The notes under the pieces were generated by a model. The model worked only from the letters and a program-made list of their open reading frames with translations. It searched no databases and was not told where the DNA came from. Position numbers and translations under genes: made by a program. A DNA stretch of 43,486 nucleotides. It comes from Catajapyx aquilonaris (Eukaryota). Position 1 is the first letter of the stretch. Each line of letters begins with the position of its first letter. The DNA lies in the NCBI GenBank assembly GCA_000934665.2, contig JYFJ02003349.1, positions 1 through 43,486 of the forward strand, read 5' to 3'. Below, in pieces: positions 21,842 through 34,747 of the stretch.

Positions 21842-22218
21842 AAAAATACAGGGTGTTTCACTAGGTAGTCCACCCAAAGAATCCACTATATTTTTATTAC
21901 CCCTCTACCTAGAAACATGATGCTTATTAGTTTAAAAATTACCTTAGATCATGGGAATGTAGCACCATTTGCAATAAATGCTGGGATTGACCTTCAACAA
22001 CCTCCATATGCACTCGAACGCGACTCGACGCAATGCTCCTTATTATCCAAGGTTCTCTGAACCATATCCTCATAAATGGTCCGGATTGCTGCACCAGGGG
22101 TCAAAATCTTTGGATGCAGGTGCAATTTGCACTCCAAAAGTGTCATTGTGCACTCCAAACTGAGCCTTGGAGTGGAAAGCTTGCACTCCAGTTGGTCCTG
22201 CTTTTTAACATAGCGTAA

Positions 22219-23824
22219 CCCTTTGATGACGGAGTTTTTGAGGGATTGCATTTACCCAGGGCCTGAGTTTTTTTTCCCCCTTTTCAGGAAATTTTATGAC
22301 CTCACCGACTTTCTTGAAATTCGGTGCATTGGTAGCCCACACCAAGGGATGAAAAACGCACCTATAGTAACCTGATAAAAATTACCCTGTGAACCATTTT
22401 TGAAGGGGGCAGAGGACAAATCGGATAATCGCCGGACTTTCCTCGGATTACCCCCTGGATTACTCGAATTACCCCCGGACTACTCTCATACAACCCCCAG
22501 ATTACCCCTCGGACTACCGTGATTACCCCCGGACTACCTATATACGAAGGTGTACCCCTCAGTTGCTTATAGTTACTGGCTCGACGCATATCCTCCTGAG
22601 ACCCGAGAAGAATTGAGTAACGCAATATCAGTTCCTATTGCATTTTCTGAACATGTTCCCAATAAGAAACGAGAAAAAAATTTTAGTTTTAAAATACCGA
22701 CAAAAATGGCGACAAACAACCAATGAGAACATTAGGACCCAATTGGTGCTACAAAAGCAGAACGGATGAAAGCTGAAAATTGAAATACCACTTAATGGAT
22801 CACTCACATAGTGCTCTATCCTCCAAACAATGTTTTTAAAATTTATTTGTGGTATTCGTGGTAGCAATTCCTCTCAGAAGACAATTAGAGATAAATGAAG
22901 TTATTTTTTAACGCCACCACTCCAGGGATGGGGCTTGCTCCTTCCCTTCTTACCCGCTAAAGTGGTACCTTACTATTCTAGATTTCAAAACTGAACTGCA
23001 TAGTGCAAAGCCCACTTCCTTATGGGTGTATAGGTACAGGCACGTAAAGAAAAGTCACACCCATTCAGCTAAAAATGCCATTTTTCGGATGTCCATTTAA
23101 ATGGGCATTTGGTCTCAGGAAGAAAAGAAAATTACCAGTTCTCTACAGCAACAAAGATTGTCACAGAATCATCTTTTCGCAGTTCCTAAGACACATTCCT
23201 TGCGAATCTCAGGACATTAACTGCATTGAGAAAATCGCATTCTAAATATGAGTAAAAAAATAAAACTGATCAGATGAGCGCCTAGCTTCAGCAGCGGAAT
23301 CCGCCATTTTGTCCGCGATTTAATTTTCGCGGCCCAAGCCAGATATTTGACGCTAGGTGGCTACAGCTATTGAGGTCAGATTGTAATCATGGGATTCCAA
23401 CAGATTACAGTTCTGTTGGCATCACTAGTTGGCGCCAAAAAAACTTTTCCAGATGTCCATTTAAATGGACATTTGGTCTCAGGAGGATATAGGAACAAAA
23501 GCAATAAATGCGACCATATAATAATACAATAATGTAATAATGACAGTGTTACAATAATGCAACAATACAATAATGTAATTATAAATAAATAATTAATAAA
23601 TTGGGTCATGAGGTCATTTTGATCAGGTAACTATAGGTGCGTTTTTCATCCCTTGGTGTGGGCTACCAATGGACCGAATTTCAAGAAAATCGATGAGGTT
23701 GGATTTTTTTGAGTTGAAAAATGACCCAAGTTGGCAGGGCAAATCTCAGGACATCATATGATGTCCGTAGACCCTCCAGCAATGTAAGCTCGGACATCAT
23801 ATGATGTCCGTAGGCATCAAAGGG
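22219..23824. mobile_element. piggyBac-like non-autonomous element
   Basis: GTAA|CCCTTTGATG...CATCAAAGGG|TTAA; about 90-bp inner inverted repeats (22299-22387 / 23611-23699); duplicated palindrome GGACATCATATGATGTCC near the right end. Confidence 0.75.
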
Positions 23825-24218
23825 TTAAGGCTAATTCAATGCAAAGTATACATCAGGGTCAGATTTTAAAATAAATAATTTCTATGATATCATGATCTTT
23901 TCTGAAAGCTGAAACTGTGTATTTTTAAATTTTTGAAGTTAACAACACTGTTTATTTCCAATATGGCGGGTATGCAAACTTTGTCCTAAGGCTCCATAAA
24001 AATCTTCATAATTCAACAAGTATGCTATAGTGTTTTTCATACAGTAAACTGGATGAATCCCTATATATATAAAGCTCAATATTTGTACATATGTTTAATG
24101 TATGTCACGCCTAATTAAGCCACTTCCCAGGTACGGAGAGCGCTCAAATTTCTCAGAGCCATGTCTTACATATCACTGACCCCGAGAAAAGTCCCAAACC
24201 CGAACTTTTTTGAGTCTA

Positions 24219-24513
24219 TAATAATATAATAATATCATACCCCATTGAAGCCGTTCTGGCTTTTTAGGGGGGAGATTTGTTTTTTTGGCTGGAACTCTTG
24301 TAAACTTTATTTCGCTTTTTGGGACGGGATAGGGATGGGAGGAAGCGGCTGTGGCCTATTAACTAGGAAACAACTCCGGTATTCACCTGGAGGAACCGTG
24401 GGAAACCACAGAAAACCACGGTCAGAGTTGCCGGCACCGGGATTCGAACCTCGAACCCAGGACCTCCCGATTAGCAGGCGGACTCCATATCCACTACACC
24501 AACCTGCTTCGGT
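24219..24513 (-). mobile_element. tRNA-derived SINE, family B, full length
   Basis: Perfect 16-bp TSD AACTTTTTTGAGTCTA (24203-24218, 24514-24529); B box carries a GGTTCGA duplication. Confidence 0.92.
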
Positions 24514-24698
24514 AACTTTTTTGAGTCTAAGGGGGGTTTTCAGCAGATTTAGCAATTGCCCAGCAACCCTGGCTGTCAACAAGCCCGAAGGATGGATCTG
24601 CCTCTCTCTCACTCATGTTCTACAATAATCAACATTGCATATTCAACAATGAAAGCAATAGAACAACGGGCAGGTTGGCAAGAATAATAATTGCAGTA

Positions 24699-24866
24699 CA
24701 CGTAATAGCAAGGGGGTAATCACTTCGGTACTCCGGTGTACACCTGGGAGTGGTACTCCCTGGTACTCCTCAGGCACCTCACTCTTTATTACTCCGTGGT
24801 ACTCCTTGAATTAGGTACTCCAGTGTACTCTTTTCAGTCGAGTGATTACCCCCTTGACACGTAGGG
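24699..24866. mobile_element. Small TIR element with GGTACTCC internal repeats (CACTA-like)
   Basis: CAAGGGGGTAATCACT / AGTGATTACCCCCTTG; TA flanks; multiple GTACTCC units. Confidence 0.55.
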
Positions 24867-25343
24867 TATTGTAACACTTAACGGTTGGAGTACTTCGGGG
24901 AGTGCCGAGATCAACAATACAGTACTGTACAGTGCATATATCGATAGAAGCTGCCAAAAGGCACCAGGAAACACAGAGGAAAGAAGAGCAGGTAGATACG
25001 TTCGTGTGTTTGGTCTCAGAAGTGTTGGAGTGATGCCTTCATGTTCAGATTGTGTTGTCATCTAATACTTTAAAAAAAAATTCTGATACAAAATTTTCAA
25101 ATGTAATTTTAAAACCGGGGTTAATGCGAAACGGCGTAAAATGGAGCGGCGTAAAACGGGTACTTCCCGCATGGGAAATCTTTCTTGGCCACTTCACAAC
25201 CAGCAAGCTATCATAATATTTCCACGTTATCACAATTTTTCAATTTAAAAATTTGATGATGTCATTTTCAAACCGGCGTTAATGTAGAACGGCGTAAAAT
25301 GGAGGGGTGTAAAACGGGTACCTACTGTATTACTTTGATAATT

Positions 25344-25811
25344 GGACGGTGTTATGCAATAATGCGTCAACCCACGCGAGACCAGTTTTGAGAAAAAGGG
25401 CTTTGAAGGTCATACCTGTGAAATTATTCAGTGTTCTTTTCGGTCATTTATGGCAGAAGTATGCAGATTATTTCACCTGCGTGATTTTAACTGAATGAAG
25501 TAGGATTCTTTAGGCCAGAGGTTCTTAGCCTGGGGTGCCCGCACCTCCAGGGGGTGCGAGGTGGCTTCCCTGGGGGTGCGAGCAAGGTGCACCTCTGGAC
25601 TTAATCTAACCAAGAGCTAATAACTGGTCTAACTTTATGAACGTAATCAATCACCCCTGGTAAAGGGGATGCGACAAGGACCAATATATTGTCTACAAAG
25701 GGGTGCGGAGGCCCTAAAAGGTTAAGAACCTCTGCTTTAGGTGTATGTTCCTGGGCTTGGCTCAATTTTGACATTTTTTGTGGGTTGACCCATTATTGCA
25801 CAACACTGTCC
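25344..25811. mobile_element. Sola1-type MITE (AATT TSD) containing a Buster MITE
   Basis: AATT|GGACGGTGTTATGCAATAATGCGTCAACCCAC...GTGGGTTGACCCATTATTGCACAACACTGTCC|AATT; uninterrupted copy at 36671-36898 has ATAT TSD. An AWWT TSD is characteristic of Sola1. Confidence 0.85.
25516..25734. mobile_element. hAT Buster-type MITE
   Basis: CAGAGGTTCTTAGCCT...AGGTTAAGAACCTCTG; TSD CTTTAGGC/CTTTAGGT; the empty site is visible in the second Sola1 copy. Confidence 0.88.
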
Positions 25812-28678
25812 AATTTTCCCTCCGCTTTCGATCACTTCTGTGTACGTTGACTGACACCAAGTTCAACATATGTAGGCTACCAGACACTACACACGGGTTT
25901 GCTGCTATAAATTAATTAATTAATTACATATTTTGATAATCTACGTATGTAAGGCAAAAAAATAACATCTGTTTGCCTGTGGCAACAAAATTTTGTTGGT
26001 GATTACCATAGAAACAGGCCTGTAAATGGTTTCAAATTTTGCACTTCCCCCAATTTTTTTATCCCAATTTTTTATGTCCCCTCCCCTCAATGTATCTCCA
26101 CCTTGCCGTGGTGGTGGTCTTTCGTTTTCCCATGATCCTGAAGAGCTATGCCGGCGGTAGTTTCGTCTACTGGTAGGGCCGCCCAAGTTGGACAGGTCTT
26201 TGGGATAGGAGACAGACTAAGAGAGATACCAGTCTTTCCTCTCTTCTTTTTCCTCTTTGTTTCTGTCTCCATCTGTCCCACCTTTTTGTATTCTGATAAC
26301 CACATAGCCAGAGTTGCGTGGCTCTTTATTACGCAAACAAACCAGAATTTTTACACCCTTCCAGTGCCTACATATGCAAGGGAATGAGCAGTTTTGTATT
26401 TAATATTGCTTGAGATCTAAGAAGATTTCGGTGTAATTATCCACGCTCTTTTTTCCCCGTGCGAAGAACGGGTACCGCTGCTAGTGTACCATATATTTAT
26501 CTTTCCATTGCAACAACTTATTCAGCATAAAAATTAGCAAGTTTAAATACCATCTTTGTGTGTCATCAAGAGGTGTCATGTAAGTCACAATTTTTTGACA
26601 TTTTAAACATATTTAGCTGTAGTACCAAAATCTAAAAGCTGATATTCATTACCTTCTCACTACACAGCAGTACTCTTCAAATAATAAAAATAATTGTGAG
26701 GTAATATTTGTCTGAACACTGTTATGGCCATTTAATTTTTGTCTTGTAAGTCACGTTTCCGCTTGGATGCCACTGTCACTATTGTTTCCCGGCTGTTAAA
26801 ATGGCACTTGCAGTAGTGGAATGGAAGAAAAAGCAAATGTAATAGTTAAAGCAAGAAGGGAAGTAAGAGCTGTCCTAGATAAGTGCATTGGAAGGCAAAA
26901 AGAAAAGTGTATTTTTTAAAAAAATGGACTTTTAGTGAGAGAGAAGCTTTGAAGGTATAAAATATAGAGTTTGAAAAGCCAACAATGCCAGACAGTTTGA
27001 TCCAAACACAGCTGGAGAATTTGCAGAAGTTGACCATAGAGTTTATCCAAATATTAATATTATATTCATTGGATCAAAGGATATTGAAAGAAGAACAGCT
27101 ACGCTTGATGAAATGTGGACTCCTACTAGAAAAGAAGTTGTTTATTTTCTTGACTAAGAAAATCTCATTATTTCAGTACACTTGGACATTATGAACTAGA
27201 ATATTCTCTTATTTCCAATGCTTCCATTTATGAGTTTGATATTGTTTATTTTTAACTGGACCTATTAAGGTGGAAATGAAGCGACTTGCTAATCAAATGA
27301 GAGTCTAGAATTGGAATGTTAATAAGAAGGGCTAAAATCAGGGAAACATACGCAACCGATGCAGCAGTAAATGCTGTTCAATCCTATGCATTCCATTCGA
27401 ATCTGCGTTTTAAACTCGATTTAATATGGGCCTATTACCGGCTGCAAGTTTTTGTGCGCAGGCGCCATTTACACGACTGCCAACTTAAACATGGTATTTG
27501 GAGGTGTGCTTAATATTTTTTATTTTTGATGGAAATCGATTTAATCCGGTCGTAATTACGAGGTCCCAATTTGTCATGGCATTTTTAAAAGTTTAGTTCC
27601 GAAAGGGGAGCCTGTAGCTCTTCATTTGTGTCGGATTTGGAACACGTTCAGTTGGTACGCGGGTGACAGATAGAAGCGGCAACGCAGCAAATGTCCAGGC
27701 CAATTATCGCGTAGCAATGTGACGTCATTGCCGGGTGGATTCGAATGATTCGATTTTTTTATTATAATTATAACTATATAAACTAATATAACGGTTCTGA
27801 CGTCTGACAAACACCCCCGCCAAACGAAAATCCTGTGTGAGCCATTGTGAAAACCATCATACTAGCTTGCACTCATATTTCGCGGTCGTATGCAACCGTA
27901 TCTCGCTACCGTAAACAACGCTATGTTGCCACGTCCTCACTCGAGTGTAGCAATGTGACGTCACTGGATCATTTTCGGATAGTTTTTCAGCAATACAAAT
28001 TGAAAGAGCACGGTGAGGCAGGTTTTTCTTTTTGCGGTTACGATCAGTATATAATTCCCGACATATTCCACATTAAATTTTAAAATTCTCATTTGCTTAT
28101 CATTTTTTTGTGGACTATTGAAAATTCTGCCATAAGGGCCCATGTTAAATCGCGAACTTCTGAGCCCTCTAGTTCGCTAATTTGCACGGTGACATGTATT
28201 TTTCTTTGCGCCATTGATAAGAGGACACAAAACTGCGTAACATATGTTTTTTTCATAAAATTCTCATTGAGTGACTCTAGCTTCATTTCCACCTTAAAGA
28301 CATTGTAACACAAACTTCTGGTACTCATGCAGCTAATATTCATCCCAGATGTGTAATTTGCCTGCAGAATCTACAAATAATAGTGAATCCACTTTTAGTT
28401 TTACAGATAATAAAGAAGATAACTGGATTGTCATTGAGTGCAAATATAATGGACAGAACTCACTACATGCTTTGTTGGGCAAGTCATACCAATTTATAGA
28501 CCATTTATACACAATCATATAGACTACGTAAATTGTAGTAGCCTACATATACATTCCGCCTTCATGGCATTACATCCCATGACAGGGTGGCCAGCAACGA
28601 CCATCAGGTATCACACCTGGCCATCTCACATGACAATACAATGCATCCACTGCTGTCTACTCAGGTACACACATTATA

Positions 28679-28997
28679 CAGGGTGATTCTCCCGAATGGA
28701 AACCCAAACATTCCTCAATAACTTTTTAACTATGGTATGGTTCCCTATGAAAATTGACTTGTACTTACCTTGTATCATGCAAACAAGGTCTGACTAAAGA
28801 ATATACCGAAAATGGTCCCCTCCAGCATCCAAGAATTTTTAAATGGAAGTCTGCATATTGCCGAAGACTCCTGCAGATTGGCAGCCAGGGATGGAGCATG
28901 ATACAAGGTAAGTGCAAGTCAATTTTAATCGGGAACCATACCATAGTTAAAAAGTTAATGAGGAATGTTTGGGTTTCCATTCGAGAGAATCACCCTG
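28679..28997. mobile_element. Tc1/mariner-type MITE with about 100-bp TIRs
   Basis: TA|CAGGGTGATTCTCCCGAATGGAAACCCAAACATTCCTCA...TGAGGAATGTTTGGGTTTCCATTCGAGAGAATCACCCTG|TA. Confidence 0.9.
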
Positions 28998-29258
28998 TAC
29001 ATGAATTATACATGTTATTATAAGAATTGAAGCCCTGCACATTCTCATGTAGGCCTATCATTTAAATATTTAAATAAAATAACATGTAATAAGAGAGATT
29101 ACTTTGTTTGTGCGCTAAAATCCCAAATTCTTCTCACGAATCTAATCAGAAAGCAATGAGGACAAAAGTGTCGTGTAAGTCACGTTTCAAGTGTCGTGTA
29201 AGTCACGAAAGAAATAATTTATTTCTTGTAGAATTAATAATATAACACCAAGTTTACA

Positions 29259-31125
29259 TCTAATACATATTTCTCGACGTATATCTGTCTGTCTCTCTGT
29301 CTGTGACCTAAACAGATCCATACGGAGGCCTCCACATATGCTCCAGGGGTATCACCAGGGGTAGTTTTTTTACCGGGAAGGTTCTTAGCGCATTGGAATT
29401 GACCTCCGAGGTCATCCTTGGCCACAGGAGGCGAAAAGGACTTTGGAACACTCTTCTAATAATGAGCCATTGGCTGTAAACAACACCTGTCTTGGATTAC
29501 CGGGGCAACCACTGAATGCCCAAGGCCATGAATCGCCCCCTCCCCACTGCCCCCCCTCCCACTACCCTCCACCATCCNCCCCCCCACCATCCCCGTTCCG
29601 TAATAATCAACATTTAACTGTTCATATTTCATTATATTACAAACACAACAAAAAAACACGTTCCCACAGCAACGACGTTCCATCGCGGTCATCAAGCAGT
29701 TCCATAATCTACAGCGGCACATTAGCAAAAAAAAATACGGTAACAATGAAGCCCTTGCCGACGACCTAAACAAACTAGCTTATGCATGGGCAGCATATGG
29801 GGATTCGACATGGCCACGCTTCTGCGGCCGTACGGGCGCAAAAATGATGCAATGGACACAGAAATTACGCCAAAAAATAGGACATGATCTGGCGCAGGGC
29901 ACCTTCGTCGTCATTTTTCCATTTTCGGCCTAGAAGTGACCTTTTCATCGAGTTGAAGTGAAAGGTAAATGGCGTTCCCCAAAAGTCCATTTGAATAACA
30001 TGCGGCAGGAAACGCGACAAAGTCGGGAACGCTTCTGCGCCCATATGTCCACAATTTTAATGCAATCATATCGAGTATGGTACCATATAGTAAAGGCCAA
30101 ACCTTTGCGCAGGGCACCTTCTTCGTGAATTTTTCCAATTAACGGTGCGTTTTGCCACAAAAATTTAAAATTCCCGGTCTCTCAAAAATGCACCTACCGC
30201 ATTTTTACTAATGCGCCGCCTTAACCTTAACGTGGTGGTGGGCCTGGAGTTCTCCAGCGACCCCATAGCTGCCTGCTGGCACAGTCATCCAGGCCAGATT
30301 GGCCATTTTGGGGTTGGGGAATGACTAAGGGCCGGTTGCACCAGTCACGGTATATGAAAAACGGCGGGTTTTGACTCCGGTATACCGCGAGAAGTGTTGC
30401 GCCACCTACGGTTTTTCTAAAACGGCCCGTTCTCCCTCCCATTTACCGCCGGATCCATCTACCCGCCGATCCTGCAGCACAAGTTGCTTATACCGCGGGT
30501 TTATGGTGTTGTCGTGGTTGCGGACTGGTGCTTGGGATTTTGTGTACTGTGTGACACCAGGTGGCAACCCTGCCACATGGTTGCCGTAGATACGAGACGA
30601 CTAGCCATACTTCCATGACGTCACGGATTGCGTCACGGGTGCTGCGATCCAATCAGCGCTCTCCAAAATTTTTGTCCGCTTACGTCTCTCATGAGCCAGC
30701 GTACTACCGAAAACCCCGCGTTTATCTGGACCGGTGCAACGCTATGGAATAAACCCGCGGTTTTTCATGGAATATACCATGTACCCGCGGTGCAGGGTTC
30801 TTCCATATACCGTTCCATATACCGCGACCGGTGCAACCGGCCCTTAGAGAGGTGCCGGTCTTTCAATGCTATTTTACATTTACTGCACAACCTTCAATTT
30901 TTCATTATAAACTTTTGCTGGATTTTTAAGGCGTATTGTGTACTCTCTTACAATCTGACATCCGCAGTTTGGTGTTTGGACTTCATGCCCATGCAATATG
31001 CTCCATGTTACAGGTATGCCAACATTGTATACCCATAATTATTTCAAAGGTTACTACCAAATCAATGACTTACACCTACATGGAAAAGTATTTCATAACC
31101 CGAGCAACGCCGGGTATCCTGCTAG
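29259..31125 (+). mobile_element. Helitron-like non-autonomous element
   Basis: A|TCTAATACATAT start with (CTGT)n; CCCGAGCAACGCCGGGTATCCTGCTAG|T end; bracketed by motifs of the host TTAA element. Confidence 0.55.
30329..30843. mobile_element. Harbinger-like MITE
   Basis: TAA|GGGCCGGTTGCACCAGTCACGGTATATG...CATATACCGCGACCGGTGCAACCGGCCC|TTA; ACCGCG repeats. Confidence 0.8.
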
Positions 31126-32168
31126 TAGAATAATATTTTGATTTGGGTCTTTGAAAATATCCTCAACCCAATAACACTAACATTTATGCATAAATGTGAA
31201 GAATTTTACATTCATATCTGAAGCCTCCATTACCAGTGGCTTTCTTGTCGTGTAAGTCACGAATTCCTTTATATAACTCAAATGAAATGTGCAACTGTTA
31301 AAATCAAAACATTAATGAACACTTAGACACATACTGCCTATTTGTGTTTAAACACCCTTTCCTTACATGCTAAGTTTGTGCTTTACAAAATTAAAAGTTA
31401 GGCATAAACTGAGTGTCATGTCGTGTTAAGTCACGCGTGGAATTAGCCTTAACACAGTAATTAAATATTAAGCACTCCAAGTTAGCAATGTGCACTCCAC
31501 ATGAAAGTCTGGAGTGCGAACTTTGCACCTGGACAAAAAAATTAAAATTCTACCCCTGCTGCACTGATGTTGCTTTCCAAGTCTTCTAATGTTGAGGCTC
31601 ACTGTTGTAAGCACAACTCTTCAAAAATACCCCCATACACTGCTCTTTCGGCAGGTGGAAACAGAATACCCGGTTTCTTGTGACAAAATCTTGATGACTT
31701 TTTCTGTCATTCCAGAAGCCTGTGCTTCACTTTTTCTATTTTTACCTTCCTCTAAAGGAGGTCATCTACCACTGCATTGGTCCAAAACACTTGGTTCACC
31801 AATCCTGACTATTAATGTCGATATGCTGTGGAGGGCTGTCGATAATAAGGAGCGTCGAGTGGCGTTCGAGTGCGTGTAGAGGACGCTGAAGGTCTAGTAC
31901 AGCATATATTGTGAATGGTGCTACATTTCCATGAACTAAGGCGAGTTTTAAACCAAACATCATGTTTCTTGGTAGAGCAGGAAGAAAAATACAGTCGATT
32001 CTTTGGGGGGACTACCTAGTGAAACACCCTGTATAAACATGGCTCTTTCTTCGCATTCATCGAAGCACACACAATAGCATGCAATTCACATTACTTTCCC
32101 ATTTTGTACCAATTAATTAAGTGTAAGGCCCACAACAGAGGTGGAATGAGAAAGATTTTCAGCCTCAC

Positions 32169-32492
32169 CTTTGCAACCAGAACATCGCAGAACAGGTACA
32201 AATGCAGGGAGGACTCAGCAACCAGGATGAGCTTTCGGACCATGGTGAAGAGGGTTTCGGTGGAGACCTCTAGATGACGCTGTACATCCGCCCAGCTCAT
32301 CATGAGCTCCGTGAGATCTTCCTCTATGTCGGGTGTGACCAGTGCTGAAGTCATGAAGAACTGGCTGGCCAGATCTGTTACTTTCAGGCTGTTGTGCCAG
32401 ATGCTGCTCCCAGGGCCCTGGGGTGGAGACTCACAGCGGGACAAGAAGCGCCATACCAGCATGGTCCCTTCCTTTATGCTAAGGAGCTTCAG
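32169..32492 (-). CDS. RLF/ZNF292/ZNF654 N-terminal-domain-like protein; internal exon
   Basis: ttgctatag|LKLLSIKEGTMLVWRFL...LTELMMSWADVQ...VRKLILVAESSLHLYLFCDVLVAK|gtgagg; 324 nt, phase 0/0. Confidence 0.85.
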
Positions 32493-32973
32493 CTATAGCA
32501 ACAAAAAGAATTGAATAGCTATAAAACTTCTGCATTTAAATTTACACATCCTTGAAATTATATTCCAGCATGGCTAAACAACATATAAAATCATGCAAAC
32601 AGCAGCAGATGAGAAAAATTATATTACTCTACTATGCTGAAATGTATTGGGCAATTATTTGTATCCATTCAAACTGATACAGGGACGTAATAGGACATTG
32701 TCAAAATAATAATACAGCTTCCGTGGTCTAACACATACAGGAGAATTTCAATGCTTTATGAGATGGACTAGGCAAGATCATGATTCCCTTATACGGTATA
32801 AAGCCCCTTTCATGTCCTGACATTGACAATGCAATGCTAAAAGTGCCAGTTAGTACAAAGAGGAAGAAAAATCAAGGAGACTAGTAAATTCAATGGTGGC
32901 CCAGAAATATTAACTCTGTTTAAGGGACAAAATGGGTAGTTGTGTCAGTGTAACAGAGAACACGGGTTTGTCC

Positions 32974-33141
32974 ATCTTTGCACATATATAAAGCAGAAAG
33001 TTTCTCTGTATGTATGTATGTATGTATGTATGTCCTGGATACTTAACACACTTCCAAACTACTGAGAGTCCTGAAACTTGGCACACCAATATCTTACTAC
33101 TGATTGAGGGAAAAGTCTGAAAACTGAACTTTTTTGAGTCT
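32974..33141 (+). mobile_element. Helitron-like 5' fragment with (TATG)n
   Basis: Similar to 24058-24218 (ATATATAAAGC..CACTTCC..GAAAAGTC..GAACTTTTTTGAGTCTA); represents the empty site of the SINE at 24219. Confidence 0.55.
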
Positions 33142-33525
33142 AAACACCCAAAATTGAGTCTTTAAAAAATGATGTTTGGTCCCTCATCTGCGGCATCCCC
33201 CCCCCCGCACCACTGCACTGACGGCGCTCCTCCCCTCCCCTCCCCACAACATAGTTTGTGATACCAGTAGAGTGGTGTACGCCTGCATGATGCGAGAACC
33301 TACAGGGTATAAGTAGCACTTTGGCGAACATCTGAAATTCGGACTCTTTACCATTTAAAAGTCAAAAATTCGAGTGTGGGATAAGTCATAGCACTATGCT
33401 TAGAACTATGCAAGACTAAAAGGTCTCAGAAAGTTGTCATCCTCATTGGTTCCTTACCATCTGTCTGAAGTGCAAAAGTGGCGCTCTTGCCCTCGCCAAA
33501 AAACTTTTTGGAACTCGATCACATT

Positions 33526-34095
33526 GAAAGCGTTTACATGGGACTAAAAATCGGTGTAGCTACGGCCGCCTATGCTAGGCGAACCGGTTTACTCCCATGT
33601 AGCCGCTGGGCCTATGGTGGCCCAGCTTTATCTGAGCCAATCAGAACCGGTATCGGCCTCAGCCCAAGCCTTTTGGATCGGGTGGTCTACCTAAGGTGAT
33701 GGCGCTGATTGGCTAGGGAACAGCCCAGGAGGGAAGACTTGCTTCTGAGTGGGCTACCGGGGATAGGCAATAACCATCTGCCGCACAATTAGTCCCCCGT
33801 ATCTCTGGCTTTCTCGAATAAACAGTGCTGGTACTGTACATATATGTAATTCGACTGCCTAATTATCATGGGCAGCCCATGCGGTAGCTGCAGAGTTACA
33901 CATATTGCACATTTTGCTGTGAGGAGCGGTAGGGCCCAGCATGGTGGGCACTATTTTCGGGCGGCTCACCGACCCCTCGGCAGCAAAAGAGTCAGTCCCA
34001 TGTAGCAGTGGCATAAGTGGGAGCAGGCTTTGCGTAGACAGGCCTTGCTTAGGTGGCCTGGGCAGGCCAATTTTTAGTCCCATGTAAACGTACTC
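33526..34095. mobile_element. MITE with ATT TSD (Harbinger/ISL2EU-like)
   Basis: CGTTTACATGGGACTAAAAAT ... ATTTTTAGTCCCATGTAAACG; ATT flanks. Confidence 0.7.
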
Positions 34096-34243
34096 ATTGA
34101 GGACCAGATTTTTTTTTTAAAAGGATTGTGGAAACGGATGATACGTGGCTCCTGTCATAGTGCTCTGATTTGTCCCACACTCGAAAGCAAATTCCTGCAC
34201 TTATCTTAAAAGGCGGAAGCAATACTGAGCATCTGTGTTATAA

Positions 34244-34610
34244 TGGCCGTTTACATGTGGAAACTTTAACATACGATCTGATCGCAAACCAATTTCTGTC
34301 AACCTAAAAATACACAGGTATTTCAAGTAGGCCTACTCGTCCAGGAGACAAGGAGAGTGGACACCGCCACTTGTGACCAACCACCTTCCGGCATCTTGGT
34401 TTTATGATATCACCCAAGTTGGTCTGACTAGAAAGGTCAAAAGGGCTAAACTTTTAGTTTCCGACCAACTGGAAGTTGGATGGTCAACCAGGTTGGAGAC
34501 GGTTGGATGGTTTTCAGATGGGTATCCAACTTCCTATCTTTCTAGTGTATGTTCACGTTGGCAGGTTTGCGACTGGATCGTATGATCAGGATTCCACATG
34601 TAAACGGCCC
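34244..34610. mobile_element. Harbinger-like MITE
   Basis: GGCCGTTTACATGTGGAA..CATACGATC..TCGCAAACC / GGTTTGCGA..GATCGTATG..TTCCACATGTAAACGGCC. Confidence 0.75.
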
Positions 34611-34747
34611 TTTAATTACTTTGACTACACAGGGCACACAGAACACTTTTGACTCCATGAGTGACAGGAACACCATTAGTAACCAATTTACTTCTAGTGT
34701 TACATCCCAACCAATCACTGCACTGCCTACCCTACACCATCACACAC

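Larger units (their letters stand above)
24058..26484 (+). mobile_element. Helitron-like non-autonomous element with nested insertions
   Basis: A|TCCCTATATATATAAAG start; GCGAAGAACGGGTACCGCTGCTAG|T end; 5' part resembles 32974-33141. Pairing of the two ends is inferred. Confidence 0.5.
23829..31448. mobile_element. TTAA-flanked element with GG termini (Kolobok-like), with nested insertions
   Basis: TTAA|GGCTAATTC...GAATTAGCC|TTAA; recurrent TCGTGTAAGTCACG-like motif at about 26577, 26742, 29171, 29194, 31248 and 31420. The TIR match is short. Confidence 0.55.
22095..31558. mobile_element. TIR element with 6-bp TSD and GCACTCCA subterminal repeats
   Basis: CTGCAC|CAGGGGTCAAAAT...ATTCTACCCCTG|CTGCAC; GCACTCCA/TGGAGTG clusters at both ends. 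Confidence 0.75.
21849..32031. mobile_element. Tc1/mariner-type element with about 200-bp TIRs, expanded to 10.2 kb by nested insertions
   Basis: TA|CAGGGTGTTTCACTAGGTAGTCC...GGACTACCTAGTGAAACACCCTG|TA; arm similarity continues about 200 bp (..GCTCCTTATTATC / GATAATAAGGAGC..). Confidence 0.85.

Noticed and set aside
26800..27200. Possible transposase remnant inside the TTAA element
   Set aside because: Too degraded to support any motif by eye; it needs a translated profile search.
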